Positions 27,002 to 40,490 of a DNA stretch of 64,000 nt are shown here, in pieces (the first letter of the stretch is position 1; the number at the start of each line of letters is the position of its first letter). The notes under the pieces are model-generated. The model was given only the letters and a program-made list of their open reading frames with translations. It did no database searches and had not been told where the DNA came from. The DNA comes from Octopus sinensis (Eukaryota). The stretch covers positions 2,046,001-2,110,000 of the forward strand of contig NC_043024.1 in NCBI RefSeq assembly GCF_006345805.1, written 5' to 3'. Position numbers and translations under genes: made by a program.

Positions 27002-27280
27002 TACTAACCCCAAGATCCCGAGTTCGATTCCAGGCAGTGACCTGAATAATATAAAATAATAATAATAATAATAATAGTAATAATAATAATAATAACAACA
27101 ACAACAACATCGAAAAATACCTTAGGAATGAGAACCCAGGTTCGAAATTTCCCCAAGACACCTGATGAAGGCTGGAGGGTATATCAGCCGAAACATTGTG
27201 TTAACAAACAAGATGAGGACAAATATCCGTCAAATGTAAATAATGTACATAATTCTTCATCTCTCAAATATAGAACTATT
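27002..27280 (+). mobile_element. SINE family E: tRNA-like head + (AAT)n linker + hammerhead-bearing tail. Copies at 56405-56920 (-), 61781-61955 (-), 61956-62205 (+)
   Basis: Four copies share GGTGTAGTGGTTAAGAG..GGCTACTAACCC..GTTCGATTCC, then (AAT)n, then CATCGAAAAATACCTTAGGAATGAGAACCCAGG...CTGATGA. Confidence 0.85.
27157..27202 (+). ncRNA. Minimal hammerhead motif, SINE family E copy (ACGT decayed to ACAT)
   Basis: GACAC-CTGATGA-A-GGCTG...CAGCC-GAA-ACAT-T-GTGTT. Confidence 0.55.
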
Positions 27281-27724
27281 ATATCTTAACTAACCTAAAC
27301 TTTGCTAATGCCTAAACGCAGCTTAGCGCTAATATTACCATTTTCACAACCTCGGCGGCCTACTGGCGCAAATCAATCAATGTTGTTGACTGTATTTTAC
27401 TTAAAGCTATGCTTTGATAAGATTCCGCCAGAGTTGCCTCCCTTAAGTATTTCCCATTGATAACGGCTACAGAACTAGAAACATCGTTGTCTGGGAATCC
27501 AGATACATGGAGACACTGTACAGATATGATGTTTTTACACCTTTTCACCCATAAGAGAGAATTTTGCCCCCCACGGTAAACTACAGCGAATTTGATTTTT
27601 AGCTGTTGAAATATTTCACGAACATGTTTTCACTAACCTAAACTCTACTGACACCTACACACTGTTTGGCGCTGATAATACGGCAATATGCATATATAAT
27701 ATATATATATAGACACATATATAG

Positions 27725-27766
<42 letters not shown>

Positions 27767-28127
27767 GACTCATATACACACTCTAGACAGACATGCTCTC
27801 GCTTCCAAATATAACCCTACACAATGTACATATTTACAGTTGGGGCACCACCTCAGACACACATATAACCCCTCCACCACCACCACAAACACATATACAA
27901 ATATAGACACACACACACACACATACACACACGTGTACACAAGTGAAACTGAGAGAGAGAGAGAGGAGAGGTGACGACACATACTGAGCATTCTGTAAGT
28001 ATTTACCTTTGGGAATCAACACAAATACAAACGTGTGTATATGTACATACATACATGCATACATATATACATACACACATATATATAAATATATACATAT
28101 ATACATAAATATATACATATGTGTGTG

Positions 28128-28161
<34 letters not shown>

Positions 28162-28237
28162 AATTTATATATATAAATGTATAATAATATTTGAACATAT
28201 ATATATATATATATATTACATATACATATATATATAT

Positions 28238-28274
<37 letters not shown>

Positions 28275-28296
28275 CATAATATATATATGTATATAT

Positions 28297-28327
<31 letters not shown>

Positions 28328-28620
28328 TATTGTATATATATATATATATATGTATAATATATATATATGTATATATATATATATAAGAATATATATATAT
28401 ATAATATATATATAACATAATATATACTTACATATATGCGTTTATGTGTGTATACACATTCACACATAAACACAACACATATGTACACATGTACACACGC
28501 ACATACACACATTCTCTCACATCAGATAAGCTACAACATGTACTGTACATATTGGCAATGTAAAGGACCATCACAAACACACACACACAAATCCATACCA
28601 ACACACACGCACCGACAACG

Positions 28621-28651
<31 letters not shown>

Positions 28652-29229
28652 ACACACATACACACACACACATGGACACACATATACACACATATATAAA
28701 CACACACACATATGTATATATATATATATATATACACATATATATATACAGAGATACATACACACGTATACACATATATACACACATATACACATATATA
28801 CATATATATATTCGTATATACACATATATATATACATGCACATATATACGCACATACACATATATATGTACACACATATACACACAAGCGCATATAGACA
28901 TACATATAAACACACATATACACATATATACACACATACACATATACATGCATATATACACATATAAAGACATATACATATATATATATATATACACACA
29001 TACACGCATATGTACACACATACATATACACACAAACATGGACACATATATACACATATATACACCCACACACTGACACATGCACACACACACATGCACA
29101 CATGCACACCGAAAGACCAGAGTGATTCCCTGAGTAAACATGGAAGTCTAAATTGGAACATGGCAAATGTTGGACGGAGGGAAAGAGTCGACGAGGAAGT
29201 ATTTTCTGTGTAAAAAGACTGTCTCTGAG

Positions 29230-29995
29230 ACCATCACCACCAACGCCGCCGCCGCCGCCGCCACCACCACCACCACCATCGCTGCAGTCACCACCACCAC
29301 CAACACCACCACTACCATTACCACCACCACTACCACCAACACTACCACCATCGCTACAGTCACCATCACCACCACTACTACCATTACCTCCATCACCACC
29401 ACCACCACAACCACCATCATCACCGCCACCACTACCACCATTACCACTACAACCACCATCACCACCACCATCACCACTACTACTACCATTACCACCACCA
29501 CTACCACAATTACCACCACCACCACTACTACCATTACCACCACCACCATCATCATTAACACCACCACCTCCATCACCGTCACTACAACCATCGCAACAGT
29601 CAACATCACCACCACCACCACCACTACTACCATTACCACCACCACTACCCCCATCACCACCACCACCACCACTATCACCACCATCACCACCACTACTATC
29701 ATTACCACCACCACTACCACCATCACCACCGCCACCACCACCACCACTATCACCACCATCACCACCATTACTACCATTACCACCATCACCACCACCACCA
29801 CCACCTCCATCACCGTCAACACAACCATCGCAACAGTCAACATCACCACCACCATCACCACCACCACCACAACCACCACCACCACTACTACCATTACCAC
29901 CACTACTACCATCACCACCATCACCACCACCACCACCATTACCACCACCACTACCACCACACCACCACCACCAACACCACCACCAACACCAAAAA
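29230..29995. repeat. Degenerate (ACC/ACT/ATC)n trinucleotide tract. Comparable tracts: 34550-34800, 36920-37730, 37960-38475, 38570-39250, 41455-41593, 50775-50940, 62472-62712
   Basis: Directly visible; yields poly-T/P/H/V/G artefact ORFs. Confidence 0.95.
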
Positions 29996-30633
29996 GCACC
30001 AAAAATTTTGCTGCTTTCAAGTGAGAGAATAACCAAAAGGAACCCCTTTATGTAATCCTAAAAGCACAGATAGCGATCTTCTCAATGGTACGTGTCTTTG
30101 TAAAAGCATTAGTTTCTTGAAATAAGGTCCTTTATGCAAGCGATAGTAAAACAAACACCTCTCAATAACCCCTGCAAAAGATATTTTTAAAAGCGTTTGG
30201 GTACACACACGTGTATTCAAACATTCAGAAAGACGCTTTTTACTGCTTAACTCTACAAATATATCCGGAATCTAAAGGATGTGATTCACAATTCTCACTT
30301 TCAACGACCTTTGTGGAACACGCATCAACGGGTCCAAAAGGTGCAAACTTTGCCTTTCGAAGAAGTATCACATTCGTTGGCCGCCGGATGTAACTTTGAT
30401 CAAGAGATAAGTGTGTGTGTGTGTGGTGTGTGTGTGTGTGTGTGTGTGTGTAGGCGCAGGCGTGGCTGTGTGGTAAGAAGCTTGCTTCCCAACCACATGG
30501 TTCTTGGTTCAGTCCCACTGTGTGGCACCTTGGGCAAGTGCCTTCTACTATAGCCTCGGGCCAACCAAAGCCTCGTGAGTAGATTTGGTAGACGGAAACT
30601 GAAAGAAGTCCGTCGTATACATATGTATATATG

Positions 30634-30714
<81 letters not shown>

Positions 30715-31341
30715 CGTGTGTGTGTGTGTGTGTGTGTTGTGTGTGTGTGAGTGTGTGTAACTATATATGTATATCCATCTATCTATCAATATATATATGT
30801 GTGAGAGAGAGAGAGAGAGAGATGTATATGTGTCTGTCCTCCCATCTTCGCTTGACAACCGGTGTTGGCGTGTTTATGTCCCCCGTAATCTAGCGGTTCG
30901 GCAGAAGAGACAGATAGAATATATAATAGGCTTTTAAAAGAATCAATAAGTTCTGGGATCGATTTATTCGATTACAATCCTTCAAGACCGTGCTCCAACA
31001 TGGCCGCAGTCAACCTGTCTAAAACCAGTAAAAGAGTAAAAGAATAAGAAAGTGTATTACAAGTCAGAATTATGGCCGGTTGGTGCTCTAAGCAGAGTCC
31101 AACAGGTGGGAGGGGGACGAGGGCTTCCCCCGCCACCACCAACAACGCCACCACTACCACCCACCTACCGTTCCATTCCAAGACATAACAGAAAAGAAAA
31201 AGAGATAAAAAAAAAGAAAGAGAGAAAGAAAGAAAGAAAGAATAACGCGAAATGAAAACGTAACAAATGCTGAATGTGAAATAACAGATAAAAACGGCTT
31301 CAGTCTTTCATTCCGTGCCACCGATTACCCCATCCCCCCCA

Positions 31342-31372
<31 letters not shown>

Positions 31373-31907
31373 TATATACACACATATATACACAGGCCAG
31401 TTCCTACAACACTATTAAATATAACCTCATTTCAAAATTGTATTTATTTAACACTAAATAGCGGTAAACAATATTAGCAAGTTATTTACTTATAACTAGG
31501 ACAAGAAGAAGAAGAAGAAGAAGAAGAAGAAGAAAAAGGGGGAATACATATTTTCAACATTTTTCTTCGCTTTTTCAATCTTATTTTTGTTTGTTTCTTT
31601 TTTTAATACACAGAAAAAAATGATGTTATTATATATCGTCTGCTGCTTTGGAAGTATAAAAACAAAATGGCTTCCCTCTTCCCCTTTAGCGGTTGAGTGT
31701 TTTGTGTGTGCTTACTTTTTGCTTGGTGCTTAATCTGGCCCTGTATGTATGCAAGTAGAAATATATATGTGTATGTGTGTTGTGTATATATATATGTGAT
31801 ATATATATAGATATATATGTTAATAAAAAACGGAGAAAAACCAAAAGACAACGCGTGGCGTGGTACATGCAAAGTATAAATATTATTTATACTATGTGTG
31901 TGTGTAT

Positions 31908-31958
<51 letters not shown>

Positions 31959-32158
31959 TATATTATATGTTTTATATATGTGTATATGTATTTATACACA
32001 TACACAGACATGTATATATATATGTGTGTGTATATATATATATATATATATACACGTACATCCAAATGTTTATACACACACTCACACATACATACATACA
32101 TACATACATACATACATACATACATACTTACACATACATACATACATACATACATACA

Positions 32159-32190
<32 letters not shown>

Positions 32191-32539
32191 CATACATACA
32201 TACATACATATACAAAGCTACAAAATACGTAGACAGCCATGTATGTATGTATGTATGTATGTATGTGCGAGTGTGTATATAAACATTTGGCCAGCACCGT
32301 TTTCTAATCTTTTACTCTATTTTTATATTCATTAAATATCGCAAATTTTCACATGGACTCTTACGTGAGGCCACGGCCGGGACTAAGCATCTAATTATCT
32401 GCTTATATACACACACTGGATGGCATAACATATATCTGAGTGTATATACATATGCACGTATGTACGTATGTTCTTCTCATCCTCTTTTTAATTTAAATTA
32501 CAGTTTGACCGGTCACGTACTTGAGAGCAAGGTTGTGAA

Positions 32540-32800
32540 GGAAAGTGTCTCATTTCGTTCTTCGTCCTTCAAATCCTACAAAGACGGTCTTGCAGATATT
32601 TCTAGTCCCATATATCGCGAACACTTTATAGTGCAGGAATTAAGAACTTGCCTTTTTTTCCCCCAAAACCCAATTTCAGTCATACTTTGCTCCAGATGGA
32701 TCGATACGTATCCTGTTGCTCCAATAATTATAGGTACGAGCGGGACCCGTGAATACTTCACGGAATTAATGGTAAACCTATTGAGTTATTTCTGAAAACT
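32540..32800 (-). mobile_element. Decayed R4/Dong-like (RLE-type) non-LTR retrotransposon C-terminus
   Basis: VPIIIGATGYVSIHLEQSMTEIGF, a frameshift, then AIYGTRNICKTVF. This matches the usual PII.GA.G...GT.KI.K..L ending. Confidence 0.55.
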
Positions 32801-33029
32801 TTATCCAAAAACCCTGAAAGCGTCGGTTGTGTTTTATCTGCATGGAAAGAGGGTCGCTTATCTGCTAATCATTGAAAAGTGACAGAAATTGGAATACGAT
32901 GATTACTCAATGCACTTTATATATACACACTTTATATACTTTATGCACGATTTTATACACTTAATACACAGCACTCACAAAATAGATATTCACCCTTATT
33001 TTTTCCATTTTCCCTATAAACAAACAGTG

Positions 33030-33410
33030 GAGGCGCAATGGCCCAGTGGTTAGGGCAGCGGACTCGCGGTCATAGGATCGCGGTTTCGATTCCCAGACCG
33101 GGCGTTGTGAGTGTTTATTGAGCGAAAACGCCTAAAGCTCCACGAGGCTCCGGCAGGGGATGGTGGTGATCCCTGCTGTACTCTTTCACCACAACTTTCT
33201 CTCACTCTTTCTTCCTGTTTCTGTTGTACCTGTATTTCAAAGGGCCGGCCTTGTCACGCTCTGTGTCAGGCTGAATATCCCCGAGAACTACGTTAAGGGT
33301 ACACGTGTCTGTGGAGTGCTCAGCCACTTACACGTTAATTTCACGAGCAGGCTGTTCCGTTGATTCGGATCAACCGGAACCTCATCGTCGTAACCGACGG
33401 AGTGCTTCCA
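33030..33410 (+). mobile_element. SINE family C (tRNA-like head GGAGGCGCAATGGCCCAGTGGTTAGGGCAGCGGACTC); partial antisense copy at 5500-5792
   Basis: A-box/B-box-like head (GGTTTCGATTCC). Body is shared with the reverse complement at 5500-5792. Confidence 0.85.
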
Positions 33411-34550
33411 AAAAAACAATAAACAAACAAAAAAAATATCCTGTACATATGATACAACCTTTAGTTAAATTGCATATGTCTGTCACGTAAATAAGCGTGA
33501 ATATTTCACGGTATTGCATTTATACATATGCATTAAGTGATATTTTGTTATCTCTTTTACTTGTTTCAGTCATTTGACTGCGGCCATGCTGGAGCACCGC
33601 CTTTAGTCGAGCAACTCGACCCCAGGACTTATTCTTTTGTAAGCCCAGTACTTATCCTATCGGTCTCTTTTTACCGAACCGCTAAGTAACGGGGACATAA
33701 GTACACCAGCATCGGTTGTCAAGCAATGCTAGGGGGACAGACACAGACACACAAACATACACACACACACATATATATATATATATACACATATATACGA
33801 CGGGCTTCTTTCAGTTTCCGTCTACCAAATCCACTCACAAGGCTTTGGTCAGCCCGAGGCTATAGCAGAAGACACTTGCCCAAGATGCCACGCAGTGGGA
33901 CTGAACCCGGAACCATGTGGTTAGTAAGCAAGCTACTTACCACACAGCCACTTCTGATAGGTGATATAAAAAAAACTTACTTCCATTTTTAAAAAAAAAT
34001 ACACTTTTCACTATCCAGTCACCATTACTACTACCTCCACCACCACCACCACCACCTTCATCATCTCTCTCTCCCCTTCTATGTCTCCCTCCTCTCTCTC
34101 TCTCTCTCTGCCTTTCTTTAACCTCAGCATCAGAACATCAGTTCCTGATGAACTTCTTCAAGTTTCACTTGAAAACGAAAATAAGGTTAGAGATGGAAGA
34201 GTTGTCTTTTGGCCAGTTTACTGAAAGGTGGATGAAAGTGACGAGAATGGGGCGAGTGGCCTGAGCATAGGACTGTAGTTGAAAAGAGGAAAAGAAACGA
34301 AAAAAAGCACCTGCCCCAAAAGTCAGGGAACCCATGGTTTTTTATGGGGCTTTTCCATGAGCAGCCCTCAAACGTCTCCTCCCTATTGAAGATCACACCT
34401 TGTTGTTATTTTTTATTTTTTATTTTATAATTTTGTTAGTCTTGTTTACACGCAAAACCCTCACATCACACACACACACACACACATTCTTTGTTTTGTC
34501 CTGCAATGTTTTTCTTAATGTAAACCCTTTGTGGTTAATAAAGAAATAGT

Positions 34551-34582
<32 letters not shown>

Positions 34583-34613
34583 TATTATCATCATCATTAT
34601 TATCATTATTACT

Positions 34614-34648
<35 letters not shown>

Positions 34649-34653
34649 TCTTT

Positions 34654-34684
<31 letters not shown>

Positions 34685-34711
34685 TTATTATTATTATATT
34701 ATTATTATTGT

Positions 34712-34755
<44 letters not shown>

Positions 34756-35015
34756 TTATTATTATTATTATTATTATCATTATCGTCGTCGTTGTCGTTC
34801 TGACCTAAATATTTACATTAGTCCTGCTGTGTTGTATTTTCGAGAAGTTTCGATGGGAGTTCTCAAGCAAAGTGTTGAAACATCAGAAGAATATATATAC
34901 ACGTACATATAGACACACATGCATATATGCACGTATACACACACACACACACGCATATATATAGATATAGATACATACTTATATACATACACACGTACAT
35001 ACATACACACACACA

Positions 35016-35047
<32 letters not shown>

Positions 35048-35628
35048 CATACATACACACACACATACATACATACATACATACACACATACATACATAC
35101 ATACATACATACATACATACATACATACATACATACATACATACATACATACATACATACACACATACATGTATGTATATTATATTTGTCAATGGATAAT
35201 CACTCCTACAGATGGTTTTGTATAATGTTTCGGCATCAACGCCAAGCCTCATGGGATGGGAATATCTTGATGGCATTCTGTTGTCCTGGGGGACAATCTG
35301 CTGATCATATCACAAGTACGATGACACGTAGATTCGTTCTTAATACGTTTCAGCAGCTTCGTGGTTGGTTATATTTCGTCGTCGGAGAACAACGTTTTTC
35401 AAAAGAACGTGTGTTCACAACACACTCGACTCATTGGGTTTAGGGCACATGTCAAAAGCTTTACAGGGTCCAAGAGGGAGATGAATTACGTGACCGTATT
35501 CTTTACATACCGGTTACCCATCCGTGTAGCAGTTCTTTTGTGTTACTGAAGATTTTAACACACTAGCAAAATGGACACATTATTTCTCTCCTCTCTCTCT
35601 CTATCTTTCTCTCTCTCCCTCCTTTTCC

Positions 35629-35660
<32 letters not shown>

Positions 35661-37500
35661 GTCTCACTTTCCCCTTATATCTGTCTGTCTGTCTGTCGGT
35701 CTCTCTCTCTCTCTTTGTCTTGCTCTCCTCTTATGTCTGTCTGTCGGTTTCTCTCTCATTCGCTTGCTTTCATCCCAAAATTTAATGCCCTTAGCTTAGA
35801 TTTTTGGGGCATACCAATTTTGAACAGTCTCAAGTGTAACGGGTTGAAACTGTCATGATAATTGGAAACTTGACTGATGAATAGAAGGCTACGAATGATC
35901 CGTCCTCGTTTTTCCTGTCCGTCTTTGTGTCGTCTGTCTGTCCGTATGTTTTTATTGTCGTCCATTACGTTCTTATTCCATTTTTGGGGTAATTATATAT
36001 ATATATATATACACACACACATACATGCACATACCTCATTATATATCCGTATTGAGTACTCTTCTGTGTTAGTGTGTTTGTGTATATGTGTGTGTGTGTA
36101 TGATCCGTCCATGCTTTTCTGTGGTACCCTATTATAGAAGAAAGCAGTCCCTAATTTCTCATTTGTAACGTAAACAACCACGTATTTTATTTTGTTTTAT
36201 TCTTTTTTTATCCTGTAAAAATTTTATTCAATAATTAGTCCTTCCGTTTCTTATCTGATAATTCATTATGCCATAATTAACAATAAATTAATTTATTCGC
36301 CGTTTACTGTTGCAAACATTCAATTCTGAATCATTAGTCAGATAATTTTAATTCAATTTTTAGGGGGTCTGTTTCCTTTTTTTATCTTCCACTCATTTAC
36401 TCCCTTTTGTTCCTTATAAAAACAAAAAAAAAGTTCCTTTCTGAATCATATAGACTAATAGGGGTCAGTTTCCATGGCGTGTAAATTCTCCACCGGGATG
36501 AGATGCTAGTCTCTCACAGGCTTACTCATGTTTGCCAGCTGAGTGTCTGGCTTTGTTAAGCTTTATATGCAAACAAACGAGTGGAGACGCGAATACATTT
36601 TGAGGAAGGGCTTAGGAAGGGTCTAGCCGATTTCATTGACCCCAGTGCTCAACTGGTACTTATTCTGTGGACCCTGAGGTGATATCTGTGTGTGTGAGTC
36701 TTTGGATTTGTTTGTTGCCCCCCTCCTCCATCGCTTGACAATCGGTGTTGGTTTGTTTATGTCCTCGTGACTTAGCGGTTTGTCAAGAAGAGCGATAGAT
36801 ATAGTATGTACTAGGCTTTCAAAAAACGTTGTGTAGTTGATTCGTTCGACTAAGACCCCTTCGAGGCGGTGCCGCAGCATGGCCGCAGTCAAATGACTGA
36901 ACCAAGTGAAAGATGAAACGACTACCACAAGAACAAGAACAAGAACAGCCACAAATACGGAGACCTCAGCCACAGCAGCTAGCGCCACCAGCAACTACAA
37001 CATCAACAACAACGGCAACAGCAATAACAACATCAACAACTACAACGACAATAACAAACAACAGCGATAGCAACAACATCAGCAATAACAACAGCAACAA
37101 TAGAAACGAGATCAACAGCCGCAATCACCACAGCGAAAGATACATCGCGACACATCAACGGCAACGTAAGGCAGAGCAACACGAAGGGTTTCAACGTCAA
37201 AAATAGTCGCCATAACGAACGAGCACCACAACTATGAAAGCAGTCAGAGAACTAGCCAACACCACCACCGCCACTACTGCCATAACTGTCTTAACAACCA
37301 TCACCACCACCACCACCACCACCACTACTACTACCATCACCACTACGTAAAGAATAACAATATTAACAACAATAGCCGCTATAAGCAACAAGCACCAAAA
37401 CAACGAAAACAGCCACAGAACTCGCCACCACCATTACCACCACCACCACCACCACCAACACTACCATCATCATAATCACCATCATCATCACCATGACTAC

Positions 37501-37532
<32 letters not shown>

Positions 37533-38596
37533 ACACCACCACCACCAGCACATCTACCACCATCACCACGACCACTTCTACGACGACGACGACCACCACC
37601 ACCAATACCGCCACCACCACCACACCACTGCCACCACACCGCCACCACCACCACCACCACCACCACCGCCACCATCACCACCACCACCACCACCACACCA
37701 CCACCGCCGCCGCCGCCGGCAACAAGTGAACAAACAAGGTTGTCTAATGTAATTTGGTGGTACGTGTAACGGGTACGTCTCAGTGGATGAGGGTGAGTGA
37801 GGGCGGGTGGAGGGTGGATAGTGTAATGTACCGGTTATGGAGCAGGGTGGCGGCGTGGTGGAGGCGGAGGGGGCCAGTTGGTGTTTCGGGGGAATTGTTT
37901 ATTTATAACCCTTTTTTTTCTGTGCTCTTTCCGTTTTTGATTTATTTGATGGACTTTTATGGCGGCGGCGGCGGCGGCTTTGGTGGTGGTGGTGGGGAGG
38001 ACGTCGTCGTAGTAGTAGTAATGGTAGTTGTAATAGTGCTGGTGGTCATAGAGGCTTTGGGGGTAGCTGTGGTGGTTGTTGCAGTGATAGTGGTGGTGGT
38101 AGTAGATGTGGTAGTGGTGGTGGTGGTGGGGGGACGTCGTCGTTGTTGTCGTGGTGGTGGTTGTGGTGGTAGTAGTAGTAGTCGTGCTAGTGATCGCGGT
38201 GGTTGTGGTACACGGGGTAGTAGTGGTAGTTGTCGTGATAGTGGTGGTTGTGGTGGTGGTAGTGGTGGTGGTGGTGGTGGTGGTGGTGATGGTGAGGTTA
38301 AAGAAAAGCAGAGAGAGAGAGGAGGGAGAGATAGAAAGGGAGAGAGAGAGATGATGGTGGTGGTGTGGTGTGGTGGTGGTGGTGGTGGTGATGGTGGTAG
38401 TGGTGGGGTGGTGGTGGTGGTGGTGGTGGTGATGGTGATGGTGGTAGTGGTGGTGGGTGTGGTGGTGGTGGTGGAGGGAATTCCGGGTTTTTAACAATTT
38501 GTGTGGGTCCCCAATTTAGGGTAATTTAATATTTTTTACTGGAATTTTAACAACATACGCCACCAGCGCCAATACCACTACCTCTACTACTACTAC

Positions 38597-38627
<31 letters not shown>

Positions 38628-39808
38628 ACTACTACTACTATTACTACTAAGACGACTACTACTACTACTATCACCACTACTGCAACATCCATCATCTCTA
38701 CCACTAGCCACCAAATCAACGATATCAAACCACCACAAACACTACCACCATAAACACTACCACCACAACCACCTTCACCACTAACATCATAAGTGTACTA
38801 CTACCACCACCACCATCACAACTGCCACATCACCACTAACACTATCACCACGACGACGACCACATCACCACTACCACCACAACTACCGCCTACCCCACCA
38901 ACACCACCACAGCTACCACCACAACCACCTTCACCACTATCATCACAAGTGTACTACCACCACCACCACCACCACTAACACTATCACGACGACGACGATG
39001 ATTACCACCACTACCGCCTACCACCACCAACACCAACACCACTGTCACCGCTGCCACCACCACTACTACCACCATGACAGCCGAAGCTATCTATACGTTG
39101 ACCATCATCACCTACATTACAGCCACCACTTCTAGGACTACCACTATTGCCCATACCACAACAGCTCTACCACCATAATCAACCCCACTACTACAACAAC
39201 AACAACTACTACTACTACTACTACCACCACCACCACCACAAAAACCACCACCTCTACATGGTCTGTTAAAGCAAACAGCACATATTGCAATGGAACAAGA
39301 AAGATAGAGTGACAGAGAGAGAGGAGGGAAGAGAGAGAGAGAGAGACAGACAGACAGGCAGACAGGCAGGCAGACAGGCAGGCTGGCAGGCAGACAGGCA
39401 GGCAGGCAGGTAGATAGGTATGTAGGTAAGAAGGCAGGTTGAGGAAGTAGCTCAGAGCTATTTTTGACAATTGCCGCGTGTCACATAGACCGACTCCCGT
39501 TCATTTGCATCTCAGTACATTCGCTTGCAGCGTGTTGCGGTGAGAAAGAGAGGGAGAGAAAGAGAGACGGAGAGAGAAAGGGTGAAAGAAAGAGAGACAG
39601 ACATACAGACAAACAGACAATCAGACAGATAGGCAGATAGGAGTGCTAGCAGCGGAAGTACCTGACAACTATGTTTTTGACAAATATTATGTGAAATTAT
39701 ACACCGACTCCCGGTTCATTTGCATATCAGCACATTCGCTTGCAGCGTGTATAAATTAACTACTGGAAGTCTTGTGTGTGTGTGTGTGTGTGTGTATGTG
39801 TGTGTGTG

Positions 39809-39850
<42 letters not shown>

Positions 39851-40264
39851 TGAGTGTGTGTCGCTGTTCTTGTCTTTATAGCCCAAAGTCAATCCTGATA
39901 GTCCCGACCTAAAAGATCAAAGCAGGTGGGGACGTCGTTATCCCTGAATTGTCTTTTATTATTATTATTATTATTTTGCTCCGTCGAGAATTCCTGCGTC
40001 TAATTTTAATATCTTCGATGTGTAAAATGTCGCTGTTTCTAAAGTAGCTTGCTATGATTTAAGGGAGTTTTGACTGATATTTCTTGGACATCACTTGAAC
40101 AATGAAGGAAGCCTCTCCTTTCATTAGATTGTATGTGTGTGTCTGTTCGTCTATGTCAGAATTTACGGTGTATGTGTAATATATATTAATATATATATAT
40201 ATATATATATATGGAGAGAGAGAGAGAGAGGAAGATACCAAAGTGTACGTACGCCGCTATATTT

Positions 40265-40490
40265 TATATATAAAAAATACAAAAATGGGACAACAAAACA
40301 TCCAGACAGACGATACAAAGAAAACAAGGGCGGGTCGTTCGGGGAACTCGACTGAGGATAGAAAACTCCGAATGATCCGTCCTTGTTTTCTTTGTATCGT
40401 CTATCTGGATGTTGGATGTTTTGTTGTCCCTTTTTTGTATCATCTAGTTGTCTGGATGTTTTGCGTTCTTGTCCCATTTTTTGTATTTTA
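40265..40490. repeat. Fold-back (inverted-repeat) element; one-armed relative at 35875-35970
   Basis: Arm aaaaatgggacaacaaaacatccagacagacgatacaaagaaaacaagg mirrors ccttgttttctttgtatcgtctatctggatg...gttttgttgtccc around a loop of about 25 nt. Confidence 0.75.

Noticed and set aside
27360-27548. GCLC IINGK motif (VINGK in a minus-strand ORF)
   Set aside because: Flanking residues do not align and I see no matching splice sites; likely chance.
28531-30055. 300-500 aa Pro-, Thr-, Val- or Gly-rich ORFs resembling formin, extensin or mucin (also 36623-39075, 62472-62799)
   Set aside because: Degenerate trinucleotide tracts open in several frames on both strands, with no unique domain and no supporting splice structure.
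30017-30172. Downstream GCLC exon (good TTTGCAG acceptor)
   Set aside because: No frame resembles GCLC C-terminal motifs; two frames hit early stops.
40345-40380. Hammerhead in the loop of the fold-back element (also 12945-12975 and 35870-35900)
   Set aside because: CTGANGA is present, but stem II is missing or GAAA is replaced by GAAT; at best a decayed relic.
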